From the NCBI GenBank assembly GCA_021432655.1, contig MU271190.1:15866-79865 (forward strand): DNA of 64,000 nt, in the 5' to 3' direction. The notes below the pieces were generated by a model that was not told the origin of the DNA, did no database searches, and saw only the letters and a list, made by a program, of their open reading frames with translations. Numbering within the stretch: the stretch's first letter is position 1; every line of letters begins with the position of its first letter. The position numbers and the translations under genes are program-made. Below are positions 23,316 to 37,828 of the stretch, in pieces. The DNA comes from Atractiella rhizophila. Taxonomy: Eukaryota.

Positions 23316-23775
23316 GTCATGAGATAACAATAGCAATGGACCTTTCGTGTAATTCATTTTTAATTGCTTTCCTTCACTTCATATACTGTTTGATATATTG
23401 CATTGCTTAGTCCCTCCGACGACATCACTTTCGCATAGCTTCTTTTCATAACTAAAGTCACAGAACAGGAAGCAAGGGATGTCAACCGTGATAAGATAAG
23501 TACCGTTAATGAGATGGATTGCATTACGTGGATGCCGTGATTTACAATGATGGATTGACCGTTCCTTAACATGCAGCCCAGAGAGAGGTAATGAAGACAA
23601 AATTTATCGACAGAGAAACACAGAAATGAACGTTTGGAGAACTGATTCGACAGGGCGAATATATATATATACTAAAGAGATCTTTGGGTAGCGTTAACTG
23701 GAGATGCCGATGAGGTATTTAGAGTCAAAAAGGGTTAGCAAGAGGACAGCAAGGAAGGGAAAGAAACTGTGGTCG

Positions 23776-26232
<2,457 letters not shown>

Positions 26233-26373
26233 GGCTGGCTTGTGGCAGGGACTCGCAATAAGAAAGGCAACGAAAGCCTTCAACAAGGACGTATGTTTTG
26301 AATGACTCAAGTTCGAGCCTTCCAAAGAGCTCAAGACAATCAAAGCCAACCGTATGACAAAGGTGAGGTGTGC

Positions 26374-26411
26374 GAGATTCGAACTCTGCGCGAAGGCAGT
26401 AGGTATATAAA
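26374..26411 (+). promoter_or_regulatory. Putative U6 upstream elements: reverse B-box-like motif and TATA box
   Basis: Reverse complement of 26374-26386 is GAGTTCGAATCTC. TATATAAA at 26404-26411 lies ~30 nt before U6 +1. Confidence 0.55.
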
Positions 26412-26433
26412 TTACAAGCAGAGACTTTACTAC

Positions 26434-26458
26434 GCCTCCCTTCGGGGAGTGCATACGA

Positions 26459-26490
<32 letters not shown>

Positions 26491-26553
26491 GGCCCCTGCA
26501 TAAGGATGACACATTGCGACAGAATGGAAGCCTCTAAGGAGGCAAATTTTTTT
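26434..26553 (+). ncRNA. U6: U6 spliceosomal snRNA
   Basis: 5' stem with TTCG loop, AAATTGGAACGATACAGAGAAGATTAGCATGGCCCCTGC..AAGGATGACAC core and T7 terminator. No intron. Confidence 0.97.
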
Positions 26554-27150
26554 ATAGAGACAATCTTTTTTTATAACCAATCCTTTGCCCATCACCAGAA
26601 TCTGGTTCCCAGGAAAAGCGGCAACTCTCCCATCAACTGCAAGCGCAAGCGAGCAAGCAAGAGTCTTGTTTCGTAAACTCTTATCCCCGCTGTCTAACTA
26701 CTTAACTACTTCGGGAATGCTCAGCGTGTTTCTATAATTGTCGCAAGGATAGGCTAGCCAGTAAAGTGCCCAGCAGTTCAAGTTCTTTGTTTGATAAGCC
26801 ATCTGATATCTTACTTTGGGGACAGAATGACATTCGCTCCGCCAGAAGGACCACCACCACCTCTTCCGTTGAACCTCCCGTTCTGCCATCCCGTCGATCT
26901 TGCCCGGTTTCACAAGCGAGGATGGATGCCCATCGATTTAGCTGCTGTTTCTCTCCCCGATATACCAGATGTTCACGAGCATTTCCTCCAGCTTTTCGAC
27001 CTCGGCAAATCTTTCTTTAACGAACCATTATCGTCGAAAGAAGCGTACGATTTCAGTGGTGTAGAAGGATCCGAACATGGGTGGAGTCGTGTCGAAGGGG
27101 AGAAGGAACTGCTGACGGTTCGTTCGAAAGAGTCAACACCTCCGGTCCTA

Positions 27151-27175
27151 GCCTCCCTTCGGGGAGTGCATACGA

Positions 27176-27207
<32 letters not shown>

Positions 27208-27269
27208 GGCCCCTGCATAAGGATGACACATTGCGACAGAATGGAAGCCTCTAGGGAGGCAAATTTTTT
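27151..27269 (+). ncRNA. U6: Second U6 copy lacking the upstream TATA/B-box (possibly an assembly duplicate)
   Basis: Identical core. Starts exactly at the duplication junction. Confidence 0.7.
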
Positions 27270-27542
27270 ATAGAGACAATCTCTTTTTATAACCAATCCT
27301 TTGCCCATCACCAGAATCTGGTTCCCAGGAAAAGCGGCAACTCTCCCATCAACTGCAAGCGCAAGCGAGCAAGCAAGAGTCTTGTTTCGTAAACTCTTAT
27401 CCCCGCTGTCTAACTACTTAACTACTTCGGGAATGCTCAGCGTGTTTCTATAATTGTCGCAAGGATAGGCTAGCCAGTAAAGTGCCCAGCAGTTCAAGTT
27501 CTTTGTTTGATAAGCCATCTGATATCTTACTTTGGGGACAGA

Positions 27543-28631
27543 ATGACATTCGCTCCGCCAGAAGGACCACCACCACCTCTTCCGTTGAACCTCCCGTTCT
27601 GCCATCCCGTCGATCTTGCCCGGTTTCACAAGCGAGGATGGATGCCCATCGATTTAGCTGCTGTTTCTCTCCCCGATATACCAGATGTTCACGAGCATTT
27701 CCTCCAGCTTTTCGACCTCGGCAAATCTTTCTTTGACGAACCATTGTCGTCGAAAGAAGCGTTCGATTTCAGTGGTGTAGAAGGATCCGAACATGGGTGG
27801 AGTCGTGTCGAAGGGGAGAAGGAACTGCTGACGGTTCGTTCGAAAGAGTCAACACCTCCGGTCCTCCAAAATCAAGCAGAGCTCATTTGGGATATATTTG
27901 GACGCCTCATCAAACTCATTGTTTCGGAAATCGAAATATCGCTGAAATGGGAAACTGGTAGCTTGAGCAAACTCGTCGACCCTTGCATTAAGGCACTCCC
28001 CTTGTCGAAAGAGGAAAAGGTAGCAACTCTACTTCGAATGTTTCGCTACGAACAACACACGACCGACATCGTCAGCAAGGCAGCCAATGGAGCGCCATTA
28101 CCTCCAGGCATACGACTCGTGGGGTACCCGCACGCTGATTTGGGGGTTCTATCACTCGTCATCGGTTCTTCTCCAGGACTTCAAGCTCACGACACGTATG
28201 CTGGCCAATGGATTTCGATCGAGGAACCTTACTTCCTTCCCTGGACTCCTCGACTTCCGTGTACCCTCCTGGTCGGCCATACGCTCTCCAAGTTGACCAA
28301 TGGCGTTTATTCTCCAGGAATGCATGCCGTCGTGGTTCCCCCGGACTTGGGAAATGACCCCTTTCGTTTCTCACTGGTCTTCGCAGTCCGCGCTCACGAC
28401 ACGGTGGTTGTCGATACCAAGGAGCTCGAGACTTCTGTCACCGGTCCGTTCTCGAGTGCGAACAAGGCTGAGGGAATAACCGGCTTAGAGTTGTGGTCGT
28501 CCATTGCGAAGACAAAGGTCAGTATCAACTCCCAGTCGTCGCGTGCAAGGCTTGTGGAAGTGATGGGTGAAGAGCGCGCAAACGTACTGATAAAGGAACG
28601 TGGCTTTGTTACTGGAAATAAAATGGGTTAG
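27543..28631 (+). CDS. 2-oxoglutarate/Fe(II) dioxygenase (IPNS/DIOX-like)
   Basis: LLRMFRY, PHADLG (HxD), GMHAV (distal His), RFSLVF (RxS). Confidence 0.88.
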   Translation: MTFAPPEGPPPPLPLNLPFCHPVDLARFHKRGWMPIDLAAVSLPDIPDVHEHFLQLFDLGKSFFDEPLSSKEAFDFSGVEGSEHGWSRVEGEKELLTVRSKESTPPVLQNQAELIWDIFGRLIKLIVSEIEISLKWETGSLSKLVDPCIKALPLSKEEKVATLLRMFRYEQHTTDIVSKAANGAPLPPGIRLVGYPHADLGVLSLVIGSSPGLQAHDTYAGQWISIEEPYFLPWTPRLPCTLLVGHTLSKLTNGVYSPGMHAVVVPPDLGNDPFRFSLVFAVRAHDTVVVDTKELETSVTGPFSSANKAEGITGLELWSSIAKTKVSINSQSSRARLVEVMGEERANVLIKERGFVTGNKMG

Positions 28632-28748
28632 GCTGTTACGACGATTGTGACTCGCGAATTGAATTGTACGTTACTAAGTTACAGGGAAGGAAGTACTTTA
28701 CATTACATAAGTGTTCACTCGCACTAAAAAGATATGGAAGAAGAATCG

Positions 28749-30062
28749 TTATTCGTGCCTGTTACGTTTTCTTGAACTGCCGTCATCATAATCTCCTCCG
28801 CCCATACCTCCTCCATTGAAAAATTGACCTCCTGGCTGCTGGAATCCTCCTCTTCCACCTTGAAAGCCTCCCCTCATGCCCATGGGGAACCCACCACCGC
28901 CCCTCCCCCTCATCTGGTTCATGAATGCCTGGGCGACGGGATTATTCTGGGTGAAGTTCTGAGGCATCATCCCCTGCTGAGGCTGCATGTTCATCATTCC
29001 CATCCCTCCTCCCATTCCAGTATTCATTCCCATCATCGGGTTCATCGGTCCGCCGCGGGCCATCCCTCCCCCTCGCCCTCCTGAAAATGGTTGCTGCATA
29101 GGTCGATTGTTGTATCCACCACCGCTACCAAAACTCTGATTGTTGTAAGCTCCATCGCGGTTCCCACGGCCACGTCCACCTCCAGCTCCATCACGCGCAG
29201 TCGGTTCTATAAACTTGTCAAAAAAAAACGGCACCAATGGAACAAAGTTCTGTACCTTTGGGTAGAGTCCTGAAAGGGTTTCCTTCTCTCGAAGATCCAA
29301 CACTGATCTGGAGGCGCTTGCCTTGAAAATCACTGCCATAACCATTGATTCTGCACCGCACCGAATGAAGCAGAACCTTACGTGCTAATAAAATGATTTC
29401 TCGCAATCTCGGCTTCTTGAGAGTTACTAAATTCAACGAAAGCGATGCTAAAAAGCGGTTAGGATAGGCGTTCATTTGAAAGGTGATGACAAACCCTTTA
29501 GACTTTCCGTTCACCTTATGCTCTGAGAACGTGATGTCTTTATGGTCAATAGAGATTCCAAGTTTTTGAATAGCAGCGCGGATGTCTTCGTCCGTTGTCC
29601 ACTCCAGCGCTCATCAGCTTTATGGATTACATGGGGAGAAAAATACATACCCAGTGAAGCTCAGAAAGATAGAGCCCGTTGTTCACAAGGTTCTGTTTAC
29701 TACCAGAGGGCTAGACTCTCATCAGTGACACGCTGTCGTCATAGACGGAGTGGCGTACATTTCTCGAGTCCCCATTAGAGAAGCCATTCGACGGAGCTGC
29801 ATTGGCTGTAAAATCCTCAAGTTTTGGCACTTTGGAAGGACGAGAGTCTGCAGTCGGGGACTGCGAGCGATTAGAGGAATCAAAATCCCCACCAGAAGGT
29901 ACTTCCCCTCCACCGTCGTAAGCATTTAAATCACCGTAGAGGTCGGAATCCTGGTTCTCGAAATTGAGCCTCCCCTGCACATTTCTTCATAGAACTCACG
30001 CCAGCTGGTTGTTCCACATCTCCATAGATGTCCAAATCGTCATCTGCAGTGCGAGGAGCCAT
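28749..30062 (-). CDS. CFIm68/CPSF6-like RRM protein with RGG/Met-Gly-rich tail, multi-exon
   Basis: DDLDIYGD N-terminus, [16 protein letters not shown]...[14 protein letters not shown] (CPSF6-type RRM), and an RGG-rich C-terminus. Confidence 0.8.
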
Positions 30063-30898
30063 AGTTTCGAAAAGCGAATTGGTTGCAACGTATGATCCTA
30101 TTGATAAAAGCCATATTACGCGTCTAATATACAGGCAACGAGCGAGACATCGTCAGAACTTCTCGACAGCGGAGGAATTCACAGGCTACAGAACACAGTT
30201 TGACAGACTCTTGAATTGTATGGACATGCTGGGCCTTCTAACATGTTGTGTAGGTAGCGCACAACAGAGACTCCTCCCTTCTTTCCACCCACCGCCTCAA
30301 ACCCCATCATCAGCTTGCCAAAAATACTCACCGTTCGCTATGTGTTTGCGTCACAAGGATGTTCACGTCTCCGTCGCTACCGTTTCTGTTCTGCGAAGAC
30401 TTCGTAGGATTTGGCAGGCAGAAGACTTTGTTGGTTATGCACATTTCTTCATAGAACTCACGCCAGCTGGTTGTTCCACATCTCCATAGATGTCCAAATC
30501 GTCATCTGCAGTGCGAGGAGCCATAGTTTCGAAAAGCGAATTGGTTGCAACGTATGATCCTATTGATAAAAGCCATATTACGCGTCTAATATACAGGCAA
30601 CGAGCGAGACATCGTCAGAACTTCTCGACAGCGGAGGAATTCACAGGCTACAGAACACAGTTTGACAGACTCTTGAATTGTATGGACATGCTGGGCCTTC
30701 TAACATGTTGTGTAGGTAGCGCACAACAGAGACTCCTCCCTTCTTTCCACCCACCGCCTCAAACCCCATCATCAGCTTGCCAAAAATACTCACCGTTCGC
30801 TATGTGTTTGCGTCACAAGGATGTTCACGTCTCCGTCGCTACCGTTTCTGTTCTGCGAAGACTTCGTAGGATTTGGCAGGCAGAAGACTTTGTTGGTT
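29976..30898 (+). repeat. 461-bp apparently identical tandem duplication
   Basis: 29976-30436 and 30438-30898, separated by one extra A. Confidence 0.95.
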
Positions 30899-31079
30899 GG
30901 TTGTCGTTCGTCTCTCACTTTCCTGAAGTAGGGTTAGGTCTATCTCACGTGCGTATGACGCGCTCATTAGTTTCCTTTCAAAGTTCAAACAACCAAATCT
31001 GCCCAACATCCTCTGCTGCTAGAGGTGTCCTCTACCTATATTTCTTGGCTTCGATTTTCTTGGATCGACATTTTTGAAT

Positions 31080-34000
31080 ATGTATCGCAAGGCGACCGCG
31101 TACGGTCGTAGACAGACCAATTATTACCAGCTCACAACATGGGACGTTAGCCCCGTCAAGGAAGCTATCACCTCAGAAGAGGAGCTCTCAGATGGTGATT
31201 ACAACTCTCCCTCCAAGCGAACGAGCGGCTACGTCAAATCCCAGCGTCGGAAAGCAACTGGCAAGCCGTCACGAAAGAATTTGAAGAAAGACCAACCGCC
31301 GTCGCGAAGTGGTCTAGAACACTTGGATAAGGATTTGTCGACTGTAGTTATTGATTACGCAGTGAAAACTTCTCAGGTGATTGTCTCGTGAATTCATGCG
31401 AACAGTGCTCACTCTTCATGAGTTTGTGCAGGTTCAGAAACTCTCCAACAAACCGGAGGACAACTCGCCTCTCCATTTGGAAAATGACCTTCCTGTAGTC
31501 GCGGTTGATCATGCAATGTCGCCCCTCGTATTTTTGACGCCGTCGAAGCCTTCCAGGGTAATTGTGCTCGAATCCCGCGCCATAGTTCTGACCCAGGCTG
31601 CAGTTCCCAGGATCCGTGAAGGAGCCAGATGACGTGCTCAGGGTCGCATTACAGCATCAAGAAGCGCTTCGACGCACACCTCTGATACAGCGTACACTGA
31701 ATGCGCCTACTCCCATCGCCGCCAAGTCTATCCATCCAAAGCCGAACAAAGCTCGCGTTAACAAGCTCGCGTCTTTCGAGTCCACTCGCCGACCTCCGCT
31801 GAAACCCAAATCTACGAATCCTCTAAGCCTTCATTCTGCGCCACCTGATCCTTTGCCTAGGAATGAGGCAGTTCCAAAGTCAAAGTCGAGAAAAATCGAT
31901 GGACTGAAGCCGCGGATGGGAAAGGACAAAAGTCTGAAGGCTGCAGTGCTGATCCCAAAGAGAACAACGCATCTCATTGAGGGTTCGGACTCAGCCGAAC
32001 GTGCTTTGGTCATCCAGCCTCCGAAGCACTTTGTTAAGATCAAAACTGCAGATGGACTTGGAGATCGCGAGCTACCTGATTGTGTTGCAGATGAAGAATA
32101 CAGGCAGCCAGTTGGACCTTGGATGAAACGGACGTCCCGAAAACAAGAGAAGCTATTGAAAGAAGACTCTGTACATAGTCCCGAGACTTCTGCGAGCGGT
32201 ACGACGCCACAACATCTGTCTCCAGACCCTATCACCCCCACGGGATCACCGGTGACAAGGCAGCTTATTTCTGAAGCGGATCCTACAGCCTCCCAACTAG
32301 CGCCGTCCCCACCACCAGCGAAACTGCATTCCCAGCATTCTTGCGATTCACCAAAGAAAGCTGTTGTAGACCGCCTTCTGACTGACGATGTAATGAAGCA
32401 CACGGTGTTGGATCATAGCGCTCCACCGTCGTCTCGCTCACCTCTCAATGTGGATCGTCTCGTATCTCTTACCGTTGATCAGCCTCCTTTTATCCTCACA
32501 CCATGCGACAGCAGTGCGCCATCTTCGCTGCAAGATCATCCACAAGAGACAAAGTCCATCAAACCGAGTAGGCGTACCCGTCAGAGTTTGCCTGCTCAGT
32601 TGTCCAAACAAAAGATCTTCTCCGCCGACATCGTCCCTCTCATCACCTATTCGCGAAACACTTCTCCTCATTTCCAGCTCTCCGCCGATAAACCCCTTCT
32701 GCTCTCCTCCATTGGCGGCCCAAAGGCATCATGGAAGAAGATCGCAGAGGCATCTTACTCGGAAGTCTACCGAGTCGTAATTCCAGGCTTTGGAGATTTC
32801 GTTGTCAAGATTATTCCCATCACCATGGTGGGAGAAGAAGCGAATGAGGATGTGCCTGTGACTAGTGATTGGGATGCAATTAGGAGGGAAGTGCAGATTA
32901 CTCAAGGAGTCGCCAACTTTGATGGTTTCGTCAAGTTACATGGGTTTGTCCCACCATTTCTGTCGTTTGTTAACCTCATCCCACAATCTAGGTGGTGCAT
33001 TGCTCAAGGAAAATATCCTCCACGTCTTCTGTCCGAATGGGATGCATACAAAGCTTCCCATCCCGAGTACAAGTGTGAAAACATTCGTCCCAGTCAGTTC
33101 CCTCCCACTTTTGTGTCTCGATGCTGAAGTGATCAACAAGGCGTATTCAGTGAAAAGCAGAATTATGCCTTACTCTTCTTACATGACGGAGGGGAAGCTC
33201 TTGAAGATTTCCGATTGAGATCTTGGGAAGAAGCACTCGACGTGTTCAAGCAGGTGTCACAAAGTCTGGCCGAAGCTGAAGCCACTTCAAGATTTGAGGT
33301 ACGTCTCACAGCAGCTAATGAACTCGGTTGACTTTCGCTGGCAGCATCGCGATTTGCATTGGGGTCGGTCTCTTCCAATTCCTCTTTTGGTGCTCAATAT
33401 TGCTTACTGAGTAGGCAATATCCTCGTGCGACGAACTACCCCGAATGAGCTTTCCGATCGCATCAGCAAGTCTACTCTTCGTACTACTGTTATCGATTTC
33501 ACGCTTTCGCGAATGGAAGGGGAGGATGGTCCTGTCGCTACTGAGCTCGAGGGGGAACTTTTTGAGGGATTGGGTGAGTTGCCTTGCATGTTCTGTTCAG
33601 GCAACAGATTCTGAAGAACAGTCGAAGGAGACATGCAATTTGACGTTTATCGTCAAATGAGGCATATTTCGAAGTCGAAGTGGACACAGTACCACAACAC
33701 CAACATCCTCGTTCGTTTTCTCTTTTGATATCTCAACAACTTCCCCATTCCCTATATAGTGGCTCTCATATCTCGCGTCTAAGCTCGTACACGACAAGAA
33801 CATTCGTCCGATTCATCCTGAATTCACATCCCCCATCAAGACCCGTCGCAAACGTGCTGATCTTGCCCAGTTTCTCCAATCCCCTGTGAAACCGTCTTTG
33901 AAGAAGCCATCTAGGGCTGAGATTCAAGCATTCAACTGCCTTCAGACGGTGGAGAGATTGTTGCAAGAAACGGTTAATGCTCTGTTGAACAGGCCAAAGA

Positions 34001-34083
34001 AAAGGGGGAAAGGGAGGTCTGAAATACAGAGTACAGTTCCTTTTGAAGACATAGGAGAACTTGTTCGGTGGCTCCTCAAATGA
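31080..34083 (+). CDS. Haspin-family protein kinase, multi-exon
   Basis: Long disordered N-terminus; KIAEASYSEVY, FEHRDLHWGNILV (split by a micro-exon), VIDFTLSR, GDMQFDVYRQMR, TNILWLSYL. Confidence 0.9.
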
Positions 34084-34486
34084 ACCATTTTAGGAGACCT
34101 TGGTTAGAAACAGGGTTTCACTTTCTTGTTTGTCATTTTTGATTTGTAGTGTCCCTTCATCATGTTCTTGTTCTTTGATTCGTCCACTTTTTGAAAGCTT
34201 TGATATGTCTGTCAATTGATGTCAATTTGTTCTGTCATTTTGTAAGTGTTGAGTCTGATCAGGCTGAAGTTCTACATATCACAAACCTGAAGCGCCCACT
34301 TCACGGCTAACTTAGTCCATTCTCCTACGTAGGCTCTACCAGCAGAATGCAGGAATGCAACACCAGTGCATTACTAAACACAAGACCTCCTATTGCAATA
34401 GAAACCAGTGATGCTCAATTGTGTCGTTTTCCTACCCAACCCTTTAACCTTTCGCGACTCCATCGTTAAGCTCGAAGAAGTGAACA

Positions 34487-35354
34487 CTAAATTTCAGCCC
34501 TTGCAGTCACAACCCAATTGCCCACCAACTCACTAGCAATCCTCATCCTCTCCGCTGCAGCGTCCCTGACATCTTGCGTCTTCCATTCTTTCCTAGTCTC
34601 CTCTAGTTTTCCATTGTCCTGTTGCTGTTGCTGCTGAGGCAAGGATGCTTGGGGAGGAACTGCCAATGTCGAGATCTCACAAAGATACTCTTCACCAAGG
34701 GGCACGAAAGCGTCTTGCGAGGACGTGGCGTGCGGATTTTGGACGAGGAATTGGAATATTTGAATCTGCACATTGGCTGGATAGGTCCCGAGATGCAAAC
34801 AGAAACGAATGCCTTTCCGTCCTAGTTGATGCCGTGGTCTACCCTTCAGTATTACTTTAACCCTTCATGGGATTGGAAAAGTATACAGAAATCCCATTCC
34901 CTGCAGGAAGGAAGCGCCGTTACCGCTCACAATTGGAGTCGAACTTTGCTGGCGTGCAAGGAAGTGAGGGAAGACGCGGACTGGTTCTGGTGGCATGAGG
35001 AGGTGCAGGCTCCTTCTTCGCATTCGAGTCAGCTTCACGGTATCTGGAATAAGGACGGAAGGAGAAAGACGGACCAAGACCCTTCGTCTCCTTCGATGTC
35101 CTCGTTGATCAAGTGTCTAGAACGCACGTCCCCGGTTTTCTTCTCAACTTCCGAACGAGACGCGGTGGATGAATCCCAAAGAATTTCATGCTCGAGAAAA
35201 TGGAAAGATCGTGCGCTCCGCGACTTGAGGAACTGGACTAAGGGTCTGTTTGCTTGTTACGAGGTTTAACGAGTTGAAGAGCGAAGAGCACGAACGCGTG
35301 GAGATCTTTTCCAAATTGACCTGCTGCAGAAAACTGTAGCAATAATTGGGACAT
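34487..35354 (-). CDS. Probable Mediator subunit Med18-like protein, multi-exon
   Basis: MSQLLLQFSAAGQ start, FLQGMGF, KGIRF..NVQIQIFQ and size resemble Med18. Similarity is weak and judged by eye. Confidence 0.45.
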
Positions 35355-36296
35355 GACTGAACTCTCTTCTCGTTCCTTGTTCTTCCTTTCCCGTACCTGA
35401 CCTGCTTGAACTAGAGAGAGCTTGGGGTGAGGCCTTAGGGGCTTTCAACTTTCAATGTGTTACATTTTTGCAGCATTCGATTATTCGATTGATAATTACA
35501 GTATCATGACAAGGACAGTATTCTGCTACTCTCTATAAGGGAGAACGCCCGCCTGAGAAACCATTATGTGAAACAAAGTTCCCACTACAGTCTAAGGCAA
35601 GGTCGCTAGCCTCCACACGGACGTATATTTTTTCTTACATATTTTGCCACAGGAATCGACTCCCTCACACAATCTGCTTATTCACGCGATGAGTTGCAGC
35701 GGCGACTCTAAGGTCTAACTGCTGGTTGATGAGAGAAAGGAGCTTGAAGCCTTTGCCTTTGTATTGCGCGATTGCCTTCTGTGCCTTTCGGCAATATCGA
35801 GACCAGTCAAGGTCATCGTTATACCGTCCAAACATGCCGAATCGTTGTCAATCAGGTCAACAACTTTCTTCTTACAGCAATAAGGCAACTCAAGTTGATA
35901 CCGTCTTGAGCGTGCGAGTGCTTTTGCCAGGCTTGAGTCTGTCGATTGAAGTCAATGCTGCGTTAAGACTTACGCTTTCCGCTCAGGCACTAGTTATTGT
36001 AAGTAAACAGCATGGACTAAACATTTACAAACAATCATTAGTACCAAAGAAATGAAGCAGCTGTGTTAGGACATCTTGCCTCCTCAAACTTCTTCCACGA
36101 TCAGATCATGCTGACTGACGGGCAGAGGGTGAGCTGTTCTTGCTCCTTTCATAGAACCTTCGTGTCACAGACTCATCGATGCACCTTTTGGATACTATGT
36201 TGGGAAGTTGGAATAGCAGGACACAATTTCTGAATTCTATTACTCCCTGTGAAACAACGGAACAACAATAATGCTAAAGAGAGCACAACACTATGC

Positions 36297-37639
36297 CTAT
36301 AGATTAGTATTCTTCTGAAGGAATTCCATCGTAAGTTCATAAGCGAGGAAAGTAGAGCCTGCTGCCGGTATACTGCAAAGAGAACCATAATCAATGCAAT
36401 TGAGCAACAATGAAAACGGGAACGGTACCTTCGAAGGTCTAGATACGCAAGCCAGGTCAGGTGATATTGTGAGCAAACATGACACTTACAAGTTGCTGAA
36501 AGTCCTCTGGTGAATGCTCGCCTATTTTTGTAACGTTAAATCTCCATCCTTGCAAGTGAATAAGACCCACCATCCTTCCCGTTGTAAAATCGAACGGAAC
36601 TCATGTGAAATGTAATTCCATCCTTTGGGTGGCAGTTCCGCCATCTGTACTCTTGATTTCAAGACATCTAACAAAAATGACAGCGAAAGCGTGAGTTTGG
36701 GCCGGCTTGAGATGGATTAAGCTGAGAAGGGGGACGGGGATGCAAACCTAGTGGATAGCAAGCCGTCCAATAACTTATCCCGCCGATCGCTCCACTCGAT
36801 AAGAGAATCCACACTGGAGGCGAAGATGTAGACTTGTGATACCTGCCCACCAGATTGCGTTTCGTGTATTCGTAACCAGCGTAGAAACCTAGCCGGACAG
36901 ACGATCAACGCCTGCTCTGTCTCGAAAAGAACGAATGTACCAGCATAAGCAGGAATTTCACGGAACATGGTAACCTATCTCGTAGCAAATCAGCGTTCCA
37001 CAGCTGCAGCGTATGAGAGCTGACTAACCCAGAATCCTCGCATCACACCCTTTCTAAAGCCATACTTGGTCCACATTTCAGCAGCAACATCACCCAGCTT
37101 CCTGACTTCTCCACTCCGCCCATACTGTGCCTGCATCCTGATTTTGAACAGCTCCACTGGACTAGCCAGGATGGTATTCGCAGCTCCGGCCATGCCTCCA
37201 GCAACGGCGATGAGGGGGATGGAAGGGTCAGGGTATGGTGAGACGACACGGCGAGAGAGATTGTAGGAGAAGAAGAGGAGGGAGTTCACCCCAGAAATTC
37301 CGATGAGAGGGGAAACGGTACCTGTATTAAACAAGCGTCAGGTTTGTAAACCAAAAGTTGAAGAGAAAGAACAGACCTTTGTACAGTGCCAGAACGCCTT
37401 CTTTTCTGATTGTTTGTACGGCGACATCGAGAGGACCTTTGAACTGTCCAGGAGGAGCAATCTGCGTGCGAACTTTGACTGTATCCTAACACAAACGGCG
37501 ATCAGCATATCTAAGCAAAATACGGCGCGTAACTTACAAGAGGCTGTCCCACAAGCACCTGAGCAGCTCCACCAACACTGCCAGCGATAACAGAAGCCCA
37601 AGGAGATGGTTTCTTCTTTTCTACTAATGTGTCTGCCAT
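36297..37639 (-). CDS. Mitochondrial carrier family protein (carnitine/ornithine/Ymc-like)
   Basis: IAGSVGGAAQVLVGQPL-DTVKVR, SPVELFKIRMQ, FREIPAYAG, YPL-DVLKSRVQ (PxDxxKxR signatures). Confidence 0.92.
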
Positions 37640-37828
37640 ATTATACTGTTAATGCCTTCTCTCGCACAGTTGATAATTTAATTCTTTGCAATGCATTCCT
37701 GCTTTTGAAGCCTGGATGACGCGATCGAGTTGCGCATGGTTTTTGCCGCAGCTGACCCTGCGCGATCGCGCGCTCCAACCCCCTTGCATAATCCTTAGCT
37801 ACATCATTACATACAGAAAATAACCGAC

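Larger units (their letters stand above)
26434..27866 (+). repeat. ~716-bp tandem duplication (U6 plus 5' part of the dioxygenase gene)
   Basis: 26434-27149 and 27151-27866, separated by one extra A, with about 6 differences. Confidence 0.95.

Noticed and set aside
26355..26440. Possible divergent tRNA upstream of U6
   Set aside because: Only a T-loop-like motif is present; no D-arm or anticodon arm.
30028..31077. 153-aa and 195-aa ORFs in the 461-bp duplication
   Set aside because: They overlap the CFIm68-like start antisense and the shared promoter region, with no protein-like motifs.
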